Source: Gemmatimonas sp. (lineage in GTDB: Bacteria > Gemmatimonadota > Gemmatimonadetes > Gemmatimonadales > Gemmatimonadaceae). Taken from it: a DNA stretch of 64,000 nt. The notes beneath the pieces were generated by a model. It was given only the letters and a program-made list of their open reading frames with translations, searched no databases and was not told where the DNA came from. Position numbers and translations under genes: made by a program. Numbering within the stretch: the stretch's first letter is position 1; the number at the start of each line of letters is the position of its first letter. The stretch covers positions 96,001-160,000 of the forward strand of contig JANNVQ010000030.1 of assembly GCA_031414535.1 (NCBI GenBank), given 5' to 3'. Below are positions 57,971-64,000 of the stretch, one piece after another.

Positions 57971-58576
57971 TTACGGATCAACAACGAGATCGGCGATGCG
58001 CTTCGCCAGCGACTCTACCAGCGCAGTCGGCGAATCCGCTTCCACCGCGAGGTCAGCGTACCAGACCACCACACGCTGACGCGTGTCTACAATCACCAGG
58101 CGGAGCGTGGCCACGCCGCCGTACCCACGCAACTCCACGGGAATCAGGGCGTAGCGCGTGTCTCCAAGCGCCGAAATCGCGCGCAGGTTGTCGCCGAGGA
58201 GAGGCGGCAGGGGCTCGCGTGCGACAGGCGGAACCGTGCGCCAACGCCCGGCACCAAGTGCCGTGGGGTCCGAGCGTAGCGTGGGATTTCGGCGCGCGCT
58301 GCGCACCACGTCGCCTGCGAAGGCCCAGCGGCTGCCCATTCCGCGCTCACGAAACTCACGAGCAATGGCGGAATCGAGGTCGGCGCGCAGCATCGCGCCG
58401 TCTGCGGCCACGCTCCATCCCGCGGAATCGGCTCGCCAAAACTGCACTGGCGTGACCGCCATGCGCTCCGCCGCAAACTGGGCCAGCGGACGCCCCGCTG
58501 GTGGCGACTCAGCAGCCGATTGAGCCCCGAGCCAGACAGGGAGCAGCACCATAGCCAGCGCTCGGAGGGTTCGCAT
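57971..58576 (-). CDS. hypothetical exported protein
   Basis: Signal peptide ending LGA-Q; TAGATT box 6 nt upstream of the ATG. Confidence 0.7.
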   Translation of the reverse strand: MRTLRALAMVLLPVWLGAQSAAESPPAGRPLAQFAAERMAVTPVQFWRADSAGWSVAADGAMLRADLDSAIAREFRERGMGSRWAFAGDVVRSARRNPTLRSDPTALGAGRWRTVPPVAREPLPPLLGDNLRAISALGDTRYALIPVELRGYGGVATLRLVIVDTRQRVVVWYADLAVEADSPTALVESLAKRIADLVVDP

Positions 58577-58700
58577 AGCGGAAATCTAACGGAGCGCCAC
58601 CATCACTCCCACTGCCTCGCCCTTACGCCGGAGGGGGAAAATCCGGTAGGATTGGCAGACCTCACGACACGCTCGGGCCACCCCCCCCTTTCCACCCCCG

Positions 58701-60773
58701 ATGCCACGCTGGATTTCTGCACTTATCTGGGCCGTCGTCGCCATCGTTGGCGCCTTCGCATTCGGCTACTTAGGCCTGCGCCGCGGGGAGACAATCTCCG
58801 CCGCCTGGCTCCTCACGGCTGCCATCTGCACCTACGCGGTGGCCTATCGCTTTTACTCCAAGATCATCGCGGCCAAGATCTTCGCGCTCGATGCCACGCG
58901 GGCCACGCCGGCGGAGCGCCTCGCCGATGGCCGTGACTTTGTCCCGACCAACAAGTGGATTGTCTTCGGACACCACTTTGCGGCTATTTCTGGCCCTGGT
59001 CCCCTCGTCGGACCAACGCTCGCCGCACAGTTCGGCTACCTACCTGGCGCGCTGTGGATCATCGTCGGCGTCGCGCTCGGCGGCGCGGTGCAGGACTTCG
59101 TGATTCTTTGCGCCTCTGTGCGCCGCGACGGCAAGTCGCTGGGCCAGATGGCAAAGGAAGAGATTGGCCCCATTGCCGGCTACACGGCGCTCGTTGCGGT
59201 GATGGGCATCATGATCATCCTGATCTCCGTGCTGGCGCTGGTCGTCGTCAATGCGCTGCGCGATTCCGCGTGGGCCACCGTGACCGTTGGCCTAACGATA
59301 CCTATCGCCATGCTGATGGGCGTGTACATGCGCTACATCCGTCCCGGTGCCGTGCTGGAGACCAGCCTGATTGGACTCGTGTTGCTCGCCCTTTCGCTGT
59401 ACGCGGGGCGCTGGGCCGCGGAGCACGCCGTACTCGGGCCGATGTTTACGCTCGATGCCAAGACCCTAGCGTGGTCAGTGATGGTGTACGGCTTTGCGGC
59501 GTCAGTGATTCCTGTGTGGCTGCTGCTTGCGCCTCGCGACTACCTCTCGGCGTTCGTGAAGATCGGCGTAGTTGTGGCGCTCGCGGGCGGCATCCTCTTC
59601 GTGCTCCCGCCTCTACAGATGCCCGCGGTCACGCAGTTCATTGACGGCACAGGGCCCGTATTCGCGGGCAAGCTCTTTCCATTTGTGTTCATTACAATCG
59701 CCTGCGGCGCCATCTCTGGATTCCACGCGCTGATTGCCAGTGGCACCACGCCCAAGCTGCTCGACAACGAAGCCGACGCGCGCATGGTCGGGTACGGTGC
59801 AATGCTCACAGAATCGCTCGTGGCGGTGATGGCACTCATCGCGGCCTGCGTACTCACGCCGGGCATCTACTTCGCGATTAATGCACCCGTTGGCATCATC
59901 GGGACTACGGCGGAGAGCGCCGCGCAAGTGATTGCCACCTGGGGCTTCGTGCTCAACCCCGCCGATCTCACCGCGCTCGCCGTGCAGGTGGAGGAGAGTT
60001 CCCTGCTCTCGCGTACCGGCGGCGCGCCTTCGCTCGCTGTTGGCATGGCCAAAATCTTTGCTGATGTGCTCGGCGGCGACACGGCGATGGCGCTCTGGTA
60101 CCATTTCGCGCTGATGTTCGAGGCCCTGTTCATTCTCACGACGGTTGATGCGGGCACGCGTGTGGGCCGCTTCATGCTGCAAGACCTCGGGAAGCACATC
60201 TGGGAGCCCTTTGGTCGCACGGGGTGGTATCCCGCGGTCTTGCTGTCCTCGGCGATGGTCTGCGGCATGTGGGGCTGGTTCTTGTATCAAGGTGTGACCG
60301 ACCCGCTCGGCGGCATCAACTCGCTCTGGCCGCTGTTTGGCATCTCCAATCAGTTGCTCGCCACGGTGGCGCTCTGCGTGGGCACGACCATCATCATTCG
60401 CATGGGCAAGGCGAAGTACGTGTTCGTCACGCTCATTCCCATGACGTGGTTGGTGATTGTCACGAGTACCGCAAGTTTGCAGAAGATCTTCGATGCCAAC
60501 CCTCGCGTGGGATTCCTCTCGCACGCCCAGTGGGTGCGCGACAAGCTGGCGGCGGGAGAGTTGCCGCCCGGTGTGGCGGATGCAGCGGGCGCGGCTCGCA
60601 TGATCCTCAACGACAACATCAATACGGGCGTGGCAAGCTTCTTCTTGATTGCCACCCTGATCATCCTGCTCGACTCGATGCGGACCTGGTACTTGGTTCT
60701 CAGTGGTCGGATTCCGGCGACGACGAACGAAGCGCCATATCAGGTTTCAGCGCGGGCGAAGGTAGCTGCGTAG
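58701..60773 (+). CDS. cstA: carbon starvation protein A (CstA/BtsT peptide/pyruvate transporter)
   Basis: FGHHFAAISGPGPLVGP, LAPRDYLS, IACGAISGFH, SRTGGAP and WPLFGISNQLLA motifs. Confidence 0.96.
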   Translation: MPRWISALIWAVVAIVGAFAFGYLGLRRGETISAAWLLTAAICTYAVAYRFYSKIIAAKIFALDATRATPAERLADGRDFVPTNKWIVFGHHFAAISGPGPLVGPTLAAQFGYLPGALWIIVGVALGGAVQDFVILCASVRRDGKSLGQMAKEEIGPIAGYTALVAVMGIMIILISVLALVVVNALRDSAWATVTVGLTIPIAMLMGVYMRYIRPGAVLETSLIGLVLLALSLYAGRWAAEHAVLGPMFTLDAKTLAWSVMVYGFAASVIPVWLLLAPRDYLSAFVKIGVVVALAGGILFVLPPLQMPAVTQFIDGTGPVFAGKLFPFVFITIACGAISGFHALIASGTTPKLLDNEADARMVGYGAMLTESLVAVMALIAACVLTPGIYFAINAPVGIIGTTAESAAQVIATWGFVLNPADLTALAVQVEESSLLSRTGGAPSLAVGMAKIFADVLGGDTAMALWYHFALMFEALFILTTVDAGTRVGRFMLQDLGKHIWEPFGRTGWYPAVLLSSAMVCGMWGWFLYQGVTDPLGGINSLWPLFGISNQLLATVALCVGTTIIIRMGKAKYVFVTLIPMTWLVIVTSTASLQKIFDANPRVGFLSHAQWVRDKLAAGELPPGVADAAGAARMILNDNINTGVASFFLIATLIILLDSMRTWYLVLSGRIPATTNEAPYQVSARAKVAA

Positions 60774-60777
60774 TTGT

Positions 60778-60911
60778 TCACCACGGAGGCACGGAGACGC
60801 GGAGACTGCGACCGCAAGGAGTACGGGGGGGGGTGCCCAAGACGTTTCATTTGCGTTTTTCCCCAAGTCCTTGCCTTTGTCATTCTCTGAGCCTCCGTGC
60901 CTCCGTGGTGA
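60778..60911. repeat. inverted-repeat cassette with CACGGAGGC nonamer arms (family A, copy 2)
   Basis: TCACCACGGAGGCACGGAGACGCGGAGA ... TCTCTGAGCCTCCGTGCCTCCGTGGTGA (outer 19 bp perfect); flanked by TTGT on both sides. Confidence 0.85.
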
Positions 60912-60942
60912 TTGTCTTTTCTTTCTTAACGGACCGATTCTC

Positions 60943-63279
60943 ATGCGTCGCGTAGCACTCGCGCTCTCACTCCTCGCTGTACCGCTCGCGGCGCAGCAGC
61001 AGCCCGCCTTTGACCTGTCGGTGCGTAACATCATGCGCGGCCCAGAGCTCTACGGGCGCGAACCGGCACAGGTGCGCTGGACTGCTGATGGTCAGTGGGT
61101 GTACTTCCGCTGGCTCGCGCCGGGCGCGGCGTGGAACGAGAGTCTCAAACCGTACCGCATCGCGCCGCGCGCTGGCGCCACACCTGAACTGCTCACCGAA
61201 GCACATCTGGATTCCGTGGCGCCCATGCTCGGCACCGGCCCGCGCTCCCGCGACGGCCGCCTACGCGTGGTGGCCGCTAATGGCGATATCTGGGTGCAGC
61301 AGCGAGACCAGCAGCAACGCGTTGGATTGCGCCGCATCACGCAAACCGCGGCCACTGAATCGGGTCCCCGCATCGCCCAAGACGGCCGTACGCTGTACTT
61401 CGTGCGCGAGAACAACGCTTACGCGTTTGACCTCGCGACGGGCCTTACACGGCAACTCTCCGATATCCGCAGCGGGGTGGCCCCGCGTGATCCCGCTGCT
61501 GCCACTGGGCAGCGCGGTGCAGTCGCCGAGCAACAGAGGATTCTCCTCGAGTATGTGCGCGAGCAGTTGCGTGCCGATTCCATTCGCCGCGCTGATCGCC
61601 GCGAGGCCGACGCGCGAGCACTGCCCGTCGTGTGGATTCCAACCGCCGAGCGCATCACTTCGCTTTCTATTTCGCCGGACGGCCGCAGCGCGCTGATCGC
61701 CACGACCACACCGGCGCAAAACACCAAGGGCAGCGACGTACCGGACTACGTCACCACGGACGGCTACCCGCGCATGATTCCGGGTCGCACCAAGGTGGGC
61801 GACGCGCAAGGCACGCCAAAGGTTGGTCATCTCGACTTCGCCAGCGGCCGCGTCACGTGGCTCAAACTCACGCCGGATTCCGCCGCAGTCGTTGGCGGCG
61901 CACAGATTGGCGACTGGAGCGCTGATGGCGCATTTGCCATCGTGAGTTCCACGAGCGCGGACTTTAAGCATCGCTGGCTCTTCAGCGTAGCCTCGGCGAA
62001 CGGTGCAACGGTGCTCGTGGATGCCCTGCGCGATGAAGCCTGGGTGAACGGTCCCTGCTTTGGCTGCAACGGATTCACGCCCGAGGGTCGCATCTGGTTC
62101 GTGTCCGAGCGCACGGGATTCTCGCAACTCTACGCCGTGAAGCCGGACGGTTCGGACAAGGTCGCAATCACCAGCGGTCGCTGGGAAGTGCTTGAGGTCG
62201 CCCTCAGCGACGACGGCCGCAACTTTGAGTTGAACACCAGCGAGCCAACGCCCTTCACGCGGCAGGCGTATCGGGTGTCCACCACCGGGGGAGCGCGTAC
62301 GCGCATTACGAGCGGCGATGGCGGCCACAGCGTGAGCTATGCGCCAGATGGCCAGCGCTATGTGACGGTGTACTCTGAAGCGAACACACCGCCCGAACTG
62401 TATCTGGGCCGGGTCGGGCAGGCCGCAACGTCGCGCCTCACGACGTCCACCACCGAGGAGTTCCGTCGTCAGGCGTGGATCAAGCCAGAGATTGTGATGG
62501 TGCCCGGCGAGGATGGCACGCCTGTCCCCGCACGCATCTATCGTCCGCGTGATGTGGGCGCGCAGGCCAATGGCGCTGGCGTGATCTTTGTGCACGGCGC
62601 GGGCTACCTGCACAACATCCATAACTGGTGGTCCACGTACTCGCGCGAGTACATGTTCCATCACCTGCTCGCCTCCCAAGGCTATACGGTGCTCGACATC
62701 GACTACCGTGGCAGCGCAGGCTACGGCCGCGATTGGCGCACCGCCATCTATCGTCACATGGGCGGATGGGACTTGAACGATCATGTGAGTGGCAGCAAGT
62801 ATCTCACGGCCAACTTCGGCATCAATCCTGAGCGCATCGGCATTTACGGCGGCTCCTACGGCGGATTCATCACACTGATGGCGCTGTTCAACAAGCCAGA
62901 GTACTTCGGCGCCGGTGCCGCGCTACGCTCCGTGACCGATTGGGCCAACTACAATCACGGCTACACGGGCCGCATCCTGAATCTTCCGCAGGACGACACG
63001 CTCTCGTACCGTCGTTCTTCGCCAATCTTCTTCGCCGAAGGCCTGCGCGACCCGCTGCTCATCGCCCACGGCATGGTGGACACCAACGTGCAGTTCCAAG
63101 ACGTGGTGCAGCTCGCGCAACGCTTGATTGAACTCGGGAAGACAGATTGGGAGATGGCCGTATATCCCACAGAAGATCATGGCTTCGTGCGTCCGAGTTC
63201 GTGGACGGACGAGTATCGTCGCATTCTTGAGTTGTTCAATCGCACGATTGGGCCCAACGGGAGCAAGACACGCCCGTGA
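60943..63279 (+). CDS. secreted S9 family (DPP-IV-like) serine peptidase
   Basis: Signal peptide, beta-propeller region, DYRGSAGYG, GGSYGG nucleophile, HGMVDTNV and HGF motifs. Confidence 0.93.
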   Translation: MRRVALALSLLAVPLAAQQQPAFDLSVRNIMRGPELYGREPAQVRWTADGQWVYFRWLAPGAAWNESLKPYRIAPRAGATPELLTEAHLDSVAPMLGTGPRSRDGRLRVVAANGDIWVQQRDQQQRVGLRRITQTAATESGPRIAQDGRTLYFVRENNAYAFDLATGLTRQLSDIRSGVAPRDPAAATGQRGAVAEQQRILLEYVREQLRADSIRRADRREADARALPVVWIPTAERITSLSISPDGRSALIATTTPAQNTKGSDVPDYVTTDGYPRMIPGRTKVGDAQGTPKVGHLDFASGRVTWLKLTPDSAAVVGGAQIGDWSADGAFAIVSSTSADFKHRWLFSVASANGATVLVDALRDEAWVNGPCFGCNGFTPEGRIWFVSERTGFSQLYAVKPDGSDKVAITSGRWEVLEVALSDDGRNFELNTSEPTPFTRQAYRVSTTGGARTRITSGDGGHSVSYAPDGQRYVTVYSEANTPPELYLGRVGQAATSRLTTSTTEEFRRQAWIKPEIVMVPGEDGTPVPARIYRPRDVGAQANGAGVIFVHGAGYLHNIHNWWSTYSREYMFHHLLASQGYTVLDIDYRGSAGYGRDWRTAIYRHMGGWDLNDHVSGSKYLTANFGINPERIGIYGGSYGGFITLMALFNKPEYFGAGAALRSVTDWANYNHGYTGRILNLPQDDTLSYRRSSPIFFAEGLRDPLLIAHGMVDTNVQFQDVVQLAQRLIELGKTDWEMAVYPTEDHGFVRPSSWTDEYRRILELFNRTIGPNGSKTRP

Positions 63280-63449
63280 TCGCACGGATTGCCGCCATCC
63301 TGCGCCGGATTATTGGCGCGCCCGACTACGCCGCGTATGTAGCGCATGTGCGGGCGCATCATCCGGAGCGGGAACCGCTCTGCGAGCGGGACTTTTTGAC
63401 CGAGCGCCTAAGTGCACGCTACGAGAAGCCGGGGGCACGTTGTTGCTAG
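63276..63449 (+). CDS. YbdD/YjiX (DUF466) family small protein (absent from the ORF track)
   Basis: 57 aa MIARIAAILRRIIGAPDYAAYVAHVRAHHPEREPLCERDFLTERLSARYEKPGARCC; G.PDY..YV.H...HP and RCC signature; GTGA overlap with the peptidase stop. Confidence 0.9.
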   Translation: MIARIAAILRRIIGAPDYAAYVAHVRAHHPEREPLCERDFLTERLSARYEKPGARCC

Positions 63450-63473
63450 AGGGATGCGTGCGCAGCATGGTGG

Positions 63474-64000
63474 CTAGGCCTGCGTGGAGCGTGGAGTCGG
63501 TACAAACATGGCAAAGAGCAGGCAGGATAGCACGGCGATGCCAGCACCCATCTGGAACGCAGCGGCTGAGCCGTGTGCATCCCACACCAGTCCAAATACA
63601 ATCGATGCCGGCAGCGCGGCGATGCCAATCGCCGCATTGAACCAGCCAAACGCCGCACCTCTGCGCGACGCAGGCACCAAATCCGCCACCAAAGCCTTCT
63701 CGGCGCCTTCACTCATGCCGAAGTACAAGCCGTAGACCACAAACAGTGCCCACACATGCCAAGCATCGGTGGCCGTGGCGAACCCCAGATACACCAGCGC
63801 GTATACGCCCCATCCCCCGAGAATCAGCGGGCGACGACCAACCTTATCGGCTAGCGCTCCACTCAGCACTGAGCTCGACGACTTCACCACGTGCAACGCC
63901 GCCCACAGAATGGGAATCAGCGAGGTGGCCACGCCAAGCTGAGAAGCGCGAAGCAAAAGGAACGCGTCTGTAGAAAGGCTTAGCGTGAAGAGGAACATCA
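63474..64000 (-). CDS. MFS transporter, C-terminal part (start lies beyond the window)
   Basis: SGALADKVGRR motif A, EGAEKALVAD and multiple TM segments. Confidence 0.85.
   Translation of the reverse strand, partial: MFLFTLSLSTDAFLLLRASQLGVATSLIPILWAALHVVKSSSSVLSGALADKVGRRPLILGGWGVYALVYLGFATATDAWHVWALFVVYGLYFGMSEGAEKALVADLVPASRRGAAFGWFNAAIGIAALPASIVFGLVWDAHGSAAAFQMGAGIAVLSCLLFAMFVPTPRSTQA

Noticed and set aside
58620..58700. CsrA-type GGA hairpin and C8 tract in the cstA leader
   Set aside because: One or two GGA motifs and C-runs are expected by chance at this GC content.
63276..63449. YbdD/DUF466 as a selenoprotein
   Set aside because: It ends TGT TGC TAG (Cys-Cys-stop) with no in-frame UGA.

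Overview
A high-GC, densely packed chromosomal window. Gene content (ADOP-type permease, futalosine-type late menaquinone genes, minor-pilin style, many secreted orphans) suggests Gemmatimonadota, which is an inference. About 60 CDS are present: purD, guaB, gpmI, an NAD-type icd, a cystathionine lyase/synthase, DNA repair genes (Fe-S (6-4) photolyase, mutM, a short UvrC/Cho-like nuclease), a menG-mqnL-mqnP-ubiX cluster, an ECF sigma/anti-sigma/bactofilin-like operon, four type IV minor pilins, a Moco operon with dacB inside it, etfBA plus a membrane Fe-S oxidoreductase, gcdH, and cstA-S9 peptidase-ybdD. I saw no rRNA, tRNA, CRISPR array, transposase, integrase or phage gene. Features the gene list does not explain: (1) two families of dispersed inverted-repeat cassettes built from tandem 9-mers or 7-mers, two copies each, all at stop codons; (2) a full-length homolog of animal BH4-dependent alkylglycerol monooxygenase upstream of etfBA, with a C-X5-HGH (BH4-type) pterin synthase nearby; (3) at least ten genes with a TANNNT box 5-7 nt before the start codon, suggesting leaderless mRNAs, including one 25-bp bidirectional promoter; (4) a secreted propeller-like protein with a pilin-like C-terminal domain behind a perfect palindromic operator; (5) two small ORFs missed by the ORF track. 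All family assignments come from motif recognition by eye; no database search was run.
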